From Octopus bimaculoides (taxonomy: Eukaryota): a DNA stretch of 55,734 nucleotides. Numbering within the stretch: the first letter of the stretch is position 1; each line of letters starts with the position of its first letter. Below the pieces are notes generated by a model, which did not search any database, was not told the origin of the DNA, and saw nothing but the letters and a program-made list of their open reading frames with translations. Shown in pieces: positions 12,661 to 24,389 of this stretch. Where the stretch lies: NCBI RefSeq assembly GCF_001194135.2, contig NC_068984.1, positions 35,669,201 through 35,724,934 on the forward strand. Direction: 5' to 3'. The translations under genes and the position numbers were made by a program.

Positions 12661-12809
12661 ACACGCACAATATTATAGTAAAGGCAGTTACGTGAAGTAA
12701 AGCCACACACTGGAAATAGACGCCAAAAAATCCTATGCTACTCTATCAAATATACACGCGTGCTGAAATTGAGTGAATGAACAAAGGAAAATTTGGGGGA
12801 AAGAGTTTA

Positions 12810-12871
12810 GTCATATGTCGAAACGATTTCAAGGTTAGCGTGGTAATACACTCTCCTTTCATCAGTATGAC
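12810..12871 (-). ncRNA. Type I hammerhead ribozyme motif with a single core lesion (U16.1C)
   Basis: Minus strand: GTCATA CTGATGA AAGG [20 nt] CCTT GAAA TCG TTT CGA CA TATGAC. Stem I 6 bp, CUGAUGA, stem II 4 bp, GAAA and stem III 3 bp are all intact; C replaces U16.1. Confidence 0.7.
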
Positions 12872-13366
12872 ATAACCAGAAATATTTCAATATAAACATG
12901 TATACATACCATACGAACACAACGTGTCAATAGAGCATATACAAATGTTCATAATTATATATCCGTGAAAAATCTATCTTGTTCATTTCAGCCATGTGTG
13001 TATAACCAAAATATTTCATCAGTGTATATATACCGGTTTAATATTTATCAATTAAATTAAAGGATAATATCCATATAAAATTTTATCAAGTAGCCAGCGT
13101 GAAAAACCAATCAAAGTAAAAATTAATATGAGGTATATAGTTTTATAAATACAATATTATAGTAAGAGGACAGTTACGAGTTGTAAAACCACACGCTGGA
13201 AATAGACGAGAAATTTCCTTAGCTAGTATATTAAATATACATGTGGATGAGATGAACATGATAGATTTTTCACGGATGTATAAGTGTGAACACATGTGTA
13301 TGCTTTGCGGGTACGTTGTGTTCGTATGGTATGTATAGATGTTTATAGTTATGTATTTCTGTGCAT

Positions 13367-13426
13367 GTCATACTGCTAAAAGGAGAGTTTATCACACTAA
13401 CTTTGAAATCGTTTCGCTATATGACT
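13367..13426 (+). ncRNA. Type I hammerhead ribozyme motif, decayed paralog
   Basis: GTCATA CTGCTAA AAGG [18 nt] CTTT GAAA TCG TTT CGC TA TATGAC. The core is mutated (CUGCUAA) but U16.1-A17 is retained, complementing the lesion in the other copy. Confidence 0.6.
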
Positions 13427-15107
13427 AAGCTTTTTCCCCAAAAATTTCCTTTATTCATTCCCTCGATTTCAGCGCGTGTGTATATTTAATGAAGTAGCTT
13501 AGGACCCTTGGCGCCTATTTCCAGCGTGTGACATTACTTTTCGTAAATTCCCTTCCTATAATATTGCATTTATAAAATTATATACTTCGTATTAATGTTT
13601 ACCTTGATTGGTTTTACATACTGGCTACTGGATAAAATCTCATACAAATGTTATCCTTTATTGTATAAAATATAAATAAGGATCAGAATAATTAAACATA
13701 AACAATAAATAAAAAAAATATGAAAATATAAAAATATAGAAATATAAAAATACAATAAAAATCTATTAGCAAATAGAATAAAGATGTATTAAAATCGCAA
13801 AGATAAGATTAAACAAATGGTAATAAATACGCAATAAAAATAAATATAAATAAAACCGATATCTATTGAAATAACTACAGGTTTACATAGTCAATATTAA
13901 CTCTTGACCAAAGAGTCAAAACCTTGTATTTATAAATGTTCTAAAATCTTCACAGTTTTGGTTTTTTTATCTCATTANNNNNNNNNNNNNNNNNNNNNNN
14001 NNNNNNNNNNNNNNNNNNNNNNNNNNNNNNNNNNNNNNNNNNNNNNNNNNNNNNNNNNNNNNNNNNNNNNNNNNNNNNNNNNNNNNNNNNNNNNNNNNNN
14101 NNNNNNNNNNNNNNNNNNNNNNNNNNNNNNNNNNNNNNNNNNNNNNNNNNNNNNNNNNNNNNNNNNNNNNNNNNNNNNNNNNNNNNNNNNNNNNNNNNNN
14201 NNNNNNNNNNNNNNNNNNNNNNNNNNNNNNNNNNNNNNNNNNNNNNNNNNNNNNNNNNNNNNNNNNNNNNNNNNNNNNNNNNNNNNNNNNNNNNNNNNNN
14301 NNNNNNNNNNNNNNNNNNNNNNNNNNNNNNNNNNNNNNNNNNNNNNNNNNNNNNNNNNNNNNNNNNNNNNNNNNNNNNNNNNNNNNNNNNNNNNNNNNNN
14401 NNNNNNNNNNNNNNNNNNNNNNNNNNNNNNNNNNNNNNNNNNNNNNNNNNNNNNNNNNNNNNNNNNNNNNNNNNNNNNNNNNNNNNNNNNNNNNNNNNNN
14501 NNNNNNNNNNNNNNNNNNNNNNNNNNNNNNNNNNNNNNNNNNNNNNNNNNNNNNNNNNNNNNNNNNNNNNNNNNNNNNNNNNNNNNNNNNNNNNNNNNNT
14601 ATATATATATATATATATATAAGAAATAAATAGAAAGCGAATATCAATTCGATTTGATAATTAGTTACTATTTGCAACCGAGTGTTTAGTATTCACACGA
14701 CGGATATGAAATGCTAATTATGTCTCTATTTAAGAAGTTATAATATAATAATATCTAATCAGCAATTCCGCATGTGCAGTGTAATAGCCTGCAGAAAACT
14801 TACGGTCATTTCATTTTGTGTATATTTTTCATACTTAATGCATATTTATAAAATGCGATTTTTGGCTCTCATTTACAACTCTTACTAAAGTTTTATTCGT
14901 TCGAAGTTCTTAACGTTTTATTTAAACTGGAAGTAATGAATATAAAATACAGAGGTATACATAATGAGACTTCGCGAATATCTCTTGCAGCTGATTACCT
15001 GAAAAACAATATGATAGGTCCGTCTGAAGATGTCATTCTTACATTATTATTGAAACCTTAAATTTATCGAAACATACATAGGAAGCATTTCGGCACCCAG
15101 TACATAC

Positions 15108-15250
15108 CATAGAAAAACAGCGTTTCCATGTACAGAATATGTAGCCACGTGAAGTAAATCTAATACTATTGAAAACACAAAACACCCTATACACAAATAT
15201 GAACCTACATCTATCCCAAAAGATGAAATCAGTGTCACCGCGAAAATAAC
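15108..15250 (-). CDS. Candidate exon encoding hydrophobic segments, opposite strand to the other candidates
   Basis: TTACAG|GTT..TG|GTATGT; open frame VIFAVTLISSFGIDVGSYLCIGCFVFSIVLDLLHVATYSVHGNAVFL. T-rich strands give hydrophobic peptides by chance. Confidence 0.2.
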
Positions 15251-15313
15251 CTGTAACTGTATATTACTCAAATATAATTAATTCTTTCTAATTTTGGCAG
15301 AAGATCAGCATTT

Positions 15314-15409
15314 GGTGTGGAAAGGGTTTGGTCGATCATATTGACGTCAATACTTGACTGGTACTATAGAATGAAAGGCAAAGTTGACCTCAGCGGTATT
15401 CGAACTCAG
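15314..15409 (-). mobile_element. SINE fragment, internally deleted
   Basis: TACTTGACTGGTACT..ATGAAAGGCAAAGTTGACCTCAGCGGTATTCGAACTCAG matches the reverse complement of the SINE core and B-box. Confidence 0.75.
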
Positions 15410-18012
15410 GAGATTAAAAAAAACTTATGATGGAAAATTTCTACTTCAAAACATCGTGAGGGCTAAAGTCCAGATACTTTTGGCTCCTAAAAGTCGTATT
15501 GAAGTTGTTACTGTTGAGACTTATTGTGATACCAACTACAACTTAGTGTCAGTTGCGAGAGATTGATTTAAACCGTCATAAATTAATTTAGTGTCATTCA
15601 AATTGCCTTGCGTTTTACTTCAAAATCGATCGGATATTTTCAACATTAGAATTAATTGATTAGGAAAATATGGTATTGTCCGGTTGGTCAGATTTAATAG
15701 ATTCAAGTGATTTTTTTTTTCAAGTATTGTATTTCATTCTCCGACAACTTTAACAGGAAATAACTTCGAAAATATAAACTTTTCTGAACAATGCTAAGGG
15801 TAAAATATCTTCTATGTGACACATTCTACCAGTATCCCAAGTTTGAAAGTGCTAGGTTAGAAAGGCTTAATTTATCGACCTGCCGATCAAAAGAAAAAGA
15901 TCGCTGTGTTCAAATCCCACTAGGGGTAATTTTACTTTTCATCTATCCAGGGGCAATGCAATAATTGCCTTCCACGTTTTGTGGATTTGTGGTTACATTA
16001 TAAATAATTGTTTTGAAATGTATTCACTACGAATCAGGTAAAGATATATTAAACGTTAGCTCATACACTCCAGGTATATATGAAAAACACCAATCTTTTT
16101 TTTCATGTGCAAACATTTATTAGTGGGAGATTATTATTTGAGATGTCTATAAATACCATTTTCTATTTAGTCCTATATTTTCGACATCATTCATTCTTGG
16201 AGACACTTTTCGTATTTTAAATATATTATCCTGTCTGCGTTATGATTACAAAATGAAAGAAAATAAGAATATTCATAAGATTATATATAAATAAGAAGTG
16301 TATTCCATAATTGATTGACATTTATCACTGACACTTAACTACATAATTAAATAAATGTTAACTGCTTGAGGTCAAATGTTTATATTTATTATAATATCAA
16401 CAATTAACTTGCTGCGTTATTCGATCAAAACGTCTTCCTTGTGTTTCTTTACACGCAGAAAAATTAAAAAAACATAAACTCAACATGATTAGTAAAAGTA
16501 CTATTTAATGTCGCAGACTGGAATTAATGTCAGTTAATAAGATATAGCCAATATTATTAACTGAGGAGTAACAGAAAAAATTATATACTTTTAAAATATT
16601 CTTCCCCTCAATTGAAAGGAAATATTTCCATTCACTGCGAGGGGAATTAAAATGAATTTAACATAAAACAACAAAGTAAATATAAGATTTACATCTAAAA
16701 GTATCGGTTGCATGCAATAATTACCGCTGCTGATCGTTATTCTTAATCACCATTTATTTTAAGGAAAATAACGGATCAAATTTTCTCAGTAAGAAAACAA
16801 AAACAAAAAAGCGAAAGAGAATAGAACAAACACAGGATCATACCTAAATGCTCTATTAATTAAATTTCTCCAAGTAATTATGGGAAACAAAATAAGTAGG
16901 TAAAACGAAATTTAACATTCCTGTTGATAAATATGTCATGTTACTTAGAAGAGATTTGTACAAGTGTTGATTTAAATATATACGCAGATAGGTATTTCTA
17001 TGTATGATTCTTCTGATTCTATGACTCAGTTTGTTATTTCGAAGTAAATTTGCATTTAACTCGTACGACTTAACAAACATCGTCAGAATGACTTATAGAT
17101 TCATCGGAGGAATAGTGTGAGGAGGAAAAAGGAATTGAAAGAAAAATGGAAAAAGAAAAGTTCGTTAAAGCTTTAGGCTCATATTTTTGTGCCTTTTTTT
17201 GTTCCACGTGTGTGTACGTTTCTTCAATTAGATATACACACACANNNNNNNNNNTATATATGTGTGTGTGTGTTTGTGTGTGTGTTGTGTATATATATAC
17301 GGATATATGTATATATGTAGATATATCTACGTGTGTATTTATGTATGCATGTATGCGTGAACGAATGAGCGAATGAATATTCAGATCGGTTGAGGAAATG
17401 TTGTTAGCAACGGCAGATGGTACATTTGTATCCCGTGTATATGTACAAATACGCTCATTTACTTACAACAAATACAGTATCTGAACGAGCGTTGCAAATG
17501 ATCGATCAAAAAGTTAACCATTGGAATTCCGGAGAGGTTAGTGTATTGTGTCCTTGAGTGTCGCATATCCAAGTACTGGAGAAGATCTAACTCATGCAAC
17601 CAGCGGTATTGTCCTTCACGCCCATGTGGCATCCAGATTTCGATGGTGTAGTTAGTGTCTGTGACGCTTTAGAACACGTAGACTCTAAAACAATTAGTAA
17701 ATTTTAAAATCTCATTGCAGGTCACTAAGACGTTTTTGCTCACAAGTGATCTGTATTACGCCTATATCATTCTTTATATGTATATATGATACAATATTCA
17801 TATGCAAAACTTTTTATCACTTCTGTATTGTTCTGCGTAACAGCTTCTTAGACGCTGTTACAAATTTCGATAATAATATTTTTAGAAACATTAAAGCCAT
17901 TTGAATATATAATAGAGGCAGACACAGATGTGTGAATATGGGATATATTCTCGGATGGGAAAACATATTTCTCTCTGAAGCTAGTCTCAAGAGAATTTTC
18001 TCTTGTGTAAAG

Positions 18013-18117
18013 ATACAAGTTGGGCTTCCGTTGACGTCATTGGAACATAGATTACATACATTTCTGTGTTATTTCCATTCATCTGATGTTAAAACCAAAT
18101 CTGTCACACTAAGATCG
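18013..18117 (+). CDS. Candidate internal exon, unknown product
   Basis: TTTTCTCTTGTGTAAAG|..TCG|GTAAGA; 105 nt, single open frame IQVGLPLTSLEHRLHTFLCYFHSSDVKTKSVTLRS. Confidence 0.25.
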
Positions 18118-20279
18118 GTAAGAATGAAATCATACATATTAAAACAGTATATAGTACGTATGCTAGTGTGCGTAAAACTTCAACACGCTAGAATTGAATT
18201 TGAAAATGCCGTTTAAAGCAGCACTGAATGATATACATTTGTTGAGAAATTATTGCGTTTCAATGAAGCAGATTCCTTTTGCAGCTTCAGCAAATATACT
18301 TATATGAAACATATGGAAATGAAACCGAACACTGGGTTATTTAATGCTAAATCTTATAAAATACGGCAAATTACTAATAATATTATTCATGAAAATCTAT
18401 TAGTGTTAACAGGATAAGAGTCGTCACCTCGTCATTTCTAAAGAATCGCTGTCGGCTTGAATAAAAAAAAAAGCCATTGACCTGAAAGACAACTACACCT
18501 ATATATGCTCTCGTTTGCTGAAGCATAATTGCATTCTTTTGCAAAATTTATAATCTATGTTCTATATTTTGACAAATTATTATTTCTCTTATAAGCTGTA
18601 GTAATAATACGATCCACTAAAATATAAATAATTCCCCTTATTACAATATTTTGATATAATTATAATTTAATAATTGATGAATATAAATTTACATTCCAAA
18701 TTTTTGATTTTAGATTTCTTCAGACGAAATAATTGTGATTTATAATCTCATCAGTTACAATTATACTAGCTTACATAAATGTAAGTACATAAAGAAATGC
18801 AAATTTAATGATGCACATTATCTCTCCCCATCTCTTTCTCTCACACTCTAATACAGACACACATAAAGACACACACAAGTAGAGACAGAAAGAGACACAC
18901 ACGTAACAACAACATTACTTAACTTACTGTTCGTCTTTATTGACCCGCCAGGTTAAAGTCCAAAACGGAGTAGACCATAAACCGTTATATATATGTATGT
19001 ATGTGTGTATGTATGCATCTAACTATCTATATATATGTGTCTATGTGTGTGTAGAGAGAGAGAGGGGGAAGAGAGAGAGGAGGAAGAGATAGAGACAGAG
19101 AGAGCTACACAGAGATGTATACTCCATCGCATATAAACGCCTGCCTACATAACACATGCATAGACATATGTATATATGTGTGGATGGCTGTTTATACGTT
19201 TATCATTGTCGGTAAAAACACAGGCATACAAACATATCATACATCATATATATGAGTCTGTATATGAGTGTGTGAGTTTGTGCTTGCATGGTGTGTATGT
19301 ACGTGCGTGTGTGTATGTGTGTGTGTGTAGATATGCGTTGTATGTGTGCAAATATTCACATGTGTCGAGTAACTCAGGCATACATTTGCATTTTTTTTAT
19401 TCGTATTTAGCGTATTTCATATATACGTTAGAAAAATTTTGATTGTTTTTTTGTTTTATTTAATGACATATAAATGAATATAACAAGTAAGTAGATATTT
19501 ATGTAATATTATAGTTCATATATTTTGGCAATTTCCTCTTTAAATTTTATATGAAATACATATTTCTTCATTTAAATTAATGTTTCCTTGGATTTTCTGC
19601 CACAATTTAGTATTTAGAGAGCACTACAATTTGTGTTTCGAGCTAAATGTTTTGGAATCTGTCTGCCTGATTAGATTTCATATTTCCTTACTTCATATAT
19701 CATTTTATTGTATATAGGCTTTGTCAATATCTGGAATAAAATTTGACTTTGATATTCAATTTTCAAATTACGGATATAATACCTTGATGAACAAGAGTTA
19801 GCTAGTTTTCCTTCTTAAATTAAATGCATGCTTAATCCTTAATGTATGAGCGCTCACGTGGAAAATTGTGTTTAACTTGATAATATGGATGTTACAATTA
19901 ACATGGAAATGTTTGGGATTAATCGACGTATTTACTGCAGTCGTTAAATCGGTAAGTGAAGCTGCTCAGGTACACTAACGCATGATAAATCGTCGGATTA
20001 AGTTTATAAGTATTATATGAAGCTAATCTGTGGACGCAAATCTTCAATGATTGATTTAGTATTAATGAGTAGTAATTCTTACTGAGTTATATTCGTGTGT
20101 ATATATGTGTGTGTATTTATGTATGTATGCATTTATATACATAATGCATATATATATATGTATGTATGTATGTATGTATATGCATATATATATATATATA
20201 TATATATGCTCACACACGCACACACAGACACACATACACACACGCAAATACACACATATATATCATTATAGAAGATGTA

Positions 20280-20335
20280 GTCGTCGCCATCACTGTTAAC
20301 ATCCATGTTCCAAACCAGCAAGTGATGGAATGAAT
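20280..20335 (-). mobile_element. Possible degenerate RTE-type LINE 3' tail
   Basis: Minus strand CATTCCATCACTTGCTGGTTTGGAACATGGATGTTAACAGTGATGGCGACGAC resembles a recalled RTE 3' end (..CCAGCATGGAAAACGGACGTTAAACGATGATG). The higher-GC 20340-20720 block may be related but cannot be assigned. Confidence 0.3.
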
Positions 20336-21767
20336 CAAGTACTGCTTTGCAATGCATTCGCTGCTTTCATATAGAGCTTACAAGATTGTGTGGGAGATGA
20401 CATGGGGAAAGTGAGAGAGGTGCGTAGGACAATATCTATAAGGATCAGATGGAGTGGGGCATGAGGCTTGAGAGATACTAGTAGAATTTCGTTGACATTG
20501 AAAATAGAAAAAGATGACAATATTTTGAAGAGGCTGCAGGTGTGAGGTAAAGAGAAAATATTGGTATAATGCATGTGAAGAGATACGTTTGCAATTCATT
20601 GAGGTAAAACAAAGCATTTGTAACATGTGGATGGGTGTTTAGTGGAAATAATGCAATAAACAACATTACTTGTGAAGCAATGCACTGTCGCGTATTGTCG
20701 GAAGGTAATTTTGACAAGTACAACAGCGCCAAATGAAACACCAAAACAATTAGCATATACACAACTACATATGTATATATGTGTGTGTGACTGTGTACAC
20801 ATACATATATATCGATATATACACATATGTATATAAATGTGTATATGTATATATGTATGTATATATATATATATATATATATNNNNNNNNNNNNNNNNNN
20901 NNNNNNNNNNNNNNNNNNNNNNNNNNNNNNNNNNNNNNNNNNNNNNNNNNNNNNNNNNNNNNNNNNNNNNNNNNNNNNNNNNNNNNNNNNNNNNNNNNNN
21001 NNNNNNNNNNNNNNNNNNNNNNNNNNNNNNNNNNNNNNNNNNNNNNNNNNNNNNNNNNNNNNNNNNNNNNNNNNNNNNNNNNNNNNNNNNNNNNNNNNNN
21101 NNNNNNNNNNNNNNNNNNNNNNNNNNNNNNNNNNNNNNNNNNNNNNNNNNNNNNNNNNNNNNNNNNNNNNNNNNNNNNNNNNNNNNNNNNNNNNNNNNNN
21201 NNNNNNNNNNNNNNNNNNNNNNNNNNNNNNNNNNNNNNNNNNNNNNNNNNNNNNNNNNNNNNNNNNNNNNNNNNNNNNNNNNNNNNNNNNNNNNNNNNNN
21301 NNNNNNNNNNNNNNNNNNNNNNNNNNNNNNNNNNNNNNNNNNNNNNNNNNNNNNNNNNNNNNNNNNNNNNNNNNNNNNNNNNNNNNNNNNNNNNNNNNNN
21401 NNNNNNNNNNNNNNNNNNNNNNNNNNNNNNNNNNNNNNNNNNNNNNNNNNNNNNNNNNNNNNNNNNNNNNNNNNNNNNNNNNNNNNNNNNNNNNNNNNNN
21501 NNNNNNNNNNNNNNNNNNNNNNNNNNNNNNNNNNNNNNNNNNNNNNNNNNNNNNNNNNNNNNNNNNNNNNNNNNNNNNNNNNNNNNNNNNNNNNNNNNNN
21601 NNNNNNNNNNNNNNNNNNNNNNNNNNNNNNNNNNNNNNNNNNNNNNNNNNNNNNNNNNNNNNNNNNNNNNNNNNNNNNNNNNNNNNNNNNNNNNNNNNNN
21701 NNNNNNNNNNNNNNNNNNNNNNNNNNNNNNNNNNNNNNNNNNNNNNNNNNNNNNNNNNNNNNNNNNN

Positions 21768-21800
<33 letters not shown>

Positions 21801-22269
21801 CATACGAATGTATCTATGCAAACATATATCTCAAACAAATTATGATAATAAGAAAACTAAACATATAACAACATCGACAAACCCAATAAAGACAGTAGCA
21901 TTATAGTGAAACTCTTTGAGAAATCTTTACCCCCGACTGTGCTTATCCAGGTTAATCCCAATAAATTCAGAATGCTCAGCTTGAAGCGAACAAATACTTC
22001 TTTTCATGCATGGAATATACTAACAAATTAGGAAAGGTATTAAATTGGAACACCATGCATGAAATAAATGCTACATTTTTCTCTTCATGTCTATCAAGTC
22101 TATGCGTTTTCAACGATTTAACGCTTAATAAAATTAAATGACTCGTCGTAAATACTTATCATGTAAAGTATATCAGGATTTATACTCCATAATTTAAAAG
22201 CAATGCCTAAACACAAAAAAATTACATACACATATATGTACGTGTGCATGTCTGTGGAATTTATGTGTA

Positions 22270-22386
<117 letters not shown>

Positions 22387-22989
22387 ATAAATATATAACC
22401 AATGTATTCCTTCAACTAATAATATAGGATATTTAATGTTGCAGCTTTCTTTATCGGAAGATCTTATTTTATAGGCCAGAATATGTACAAGATATACACC
22501 GATATGTAATTTAATTTTATGTAAACTAGAAAAGTGTTCCCGCTTCCTAGACTTTTCCTTTATATGTTGCAAGAACAATATTAACAAAATAACAACAAAA
22601 TTGTATATTAGGTGAGCTATAGCATAAGTGCTACATGAAAAAGAAATACAATTCAACGGTTAAAAAATGTCATATTGCAATAGACTTACAGAAATGGAGT
22701 AGATTCCTCTACTGAATCAAAACTATAAAATGACAACAGTTGTTGCCTTCGACGTCACATAAGAATGTAGGGAAAAGCAGTAAAGATATGAGTTTTTTTA
22801 TTTATCAATGGAATGCTGTTATTCACACAAACGGAATCCATCGTGATATACACAAAATGAAGCATATATATTTAGACAGATTTACGCAGACACATATACA
22901 AATATACAGTCATATACACATATGGACACAAAATAAAAATTTAAAAAACAATTGCTACACATAATTATGAGTTTCCAACTTGTTATCCA

Positions 22990-24389
22990 GACAATATATA
23001 TTCTTTCCTTAGGAACACACCAGATGTTTGGTTCAAGATGAAATCACCAAGCGTTTCTGAATGCAACAATCTACAAAATGTATTGATTTCGAATTTTGGA
23101 ACAAGGGCAGAAATTTCATGGCGTAGGGTAAGCCCAATACATCTACAACCACTGCTAAACTGGTACCTATTTCCTTGACCCTGAAGGATGAAATACCATA
23201 TCGAACTTGAGGGGATTTGGACTCAGAACGTAAATATGTACAAAATGCTGTTAAGGATTTTCCCCGTCGTGTTTACCCTTCTGCCAGCTCGCCGAAAGAA
23301 TCGGCCAGATAACGGTCGCCCTGCTACCTCAGCCAAGAATTCTGAATCGGTAGCGTTTTCATCAGGCAGTGAATCTGGAAATGGATCAGCAGACGAAAAT
23401 AAAGATATTTAAATTCCATTTTCCATGAAACGAAAAGACGTCAGCAAAAACGTAAGTTCAAAAGCACCAATAAACCGAGTAAAGTAAACAGAAAATAGCT
23501 TCTACCTGTGACCGCACCTGTGAGTCAGACCGTACTGCTGCTCTTTTTACAAGTTCGGTACTCTACGATTTAACGGCAAGTACATCTGGTGAATGTTCTT
23601 TCGATATAGATAGATCGAAGGAAAGGCAGGAATGATCCAGAACACGTAAATCATCGCAGAAGGTTGACCATATAAACCATTGTCCATTTGAAATGGCATT
23701 AAGGAATCCCGGTAAATGGCGCATTCTCGAGAGCTCAAAACGGAAAATTATATGCCACGGTTGCATGTTATCACCGTGAATCCGTATAACATGATGAAAT
23801 TAATCGTTGCTTACATAATGTTTCTGTGCCAATGTGGTTCACAATAAAGCGCAACACTTCATCAGAAAATGGGACTCTAAATGCGTTCAACACGATTGTG
23901 TCTTCGAGAGAAATGGATCAAGCTGTACAAGACATTGTATTTCTAGTTATAAAACAGAACGATTTGATCGCGCAACCCAGAAAATATTTTACTGGCGATG
24001 AACGGAGCCACATTCGAGAACTAGCATGGAGGCGCATAAAGCAGGCTTGAACACGATATAAAGGGCAATCTGTGCGATATTTAAAAATTACTACCGTAAA
24101 CTTTGCAGCCTCAAACTGCTTGGACATAATTAACTGGCATGACGCTATTGTTACTCAACCACCTCTAACACAGGTATTTTTGGATGAAAAAATCGATGCC
24201 TTCATTCAACAGCGACATTTAAAGCAACTGAAAAAAATACCGTGTCACACCTTAGCTGTGAAGAGATGTGTAAAACTCGTGACAGAAGCATCATCTAATG
24301 TTTGTTGTAAGAACAGTCAAGACGATTTCATGCGGAGTCGAATCGAATCAAGAGAAAAGCTCCCGGCGTTCCAAACAAAATGGACTTGA
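22990..24389 (+). pseudogene. hAT-superfamily (hATm-like) transposase remnant, internally deleted and frameshifted, interrupted by a SINE
   Basis: Fragments CDRTCESDRTAALFTSSVLYDL..IDRSK, ALRNPGK(M)AHSR, PMWFTIK..DERSHIRELAWRRIKQA and PCHTLAVKRCVKLVTEASSNVC..SREKLPAFQTK match motifs I recognise in hATm-type transposases (..PCHTQAVERCVKLVTEAS). No TIRs were located. Confidence 0.7.
23086..23294 (-). mobile_element. Full-length SINE nested in the transposase remnant
   Basis: Minus strand CGGCGAGCTGGCAGAAG..TTTACGTTCTGAGTCCAAATCC..TTTCATCCTTCAGGGTC..GGTACCAGTT..GAAATTTCTGCCCTTGT. Confidence 0.85.

Larger units (their letters stand above)
12668..13683. repeat. Three partial copies of a ~0.45 kb unit: two tandem (12668-13005, 13037-13250) and one inverted (13250-13683); carries hammerhead motifs
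   Basis: CAATATTATAG..CTGGAAATAG.CG..AAATATAC recurs at 12668 and 13152 and inverted ending at 13566. 12750-13005 aligns to the reverse complement of ~13230-13480, and 13055-13150 to the reverse complement of ~13570-13665. Identity roughly 75-80% by eye. Confidence 0.85.

Noticed and set aside
15900-15965. GTGTTCAAATCCC as a tRNA gene
   Set aside because: No cloverleaf. The context resembles a decayed SINE head, as do weak fragments near 17545 and 34700, which are too degraded to annotate.
18700-18760. Minus-strand CTGATGA-GATT-ATA-AATC as a hammerhead
   Set aside because: Stem II forms but is followed by ACAA rather than GAAA, and there is no stem I. Other CTGATGA hits (~13016, ~23361, ~23861, ~28822, ~43678) also fail to fold.
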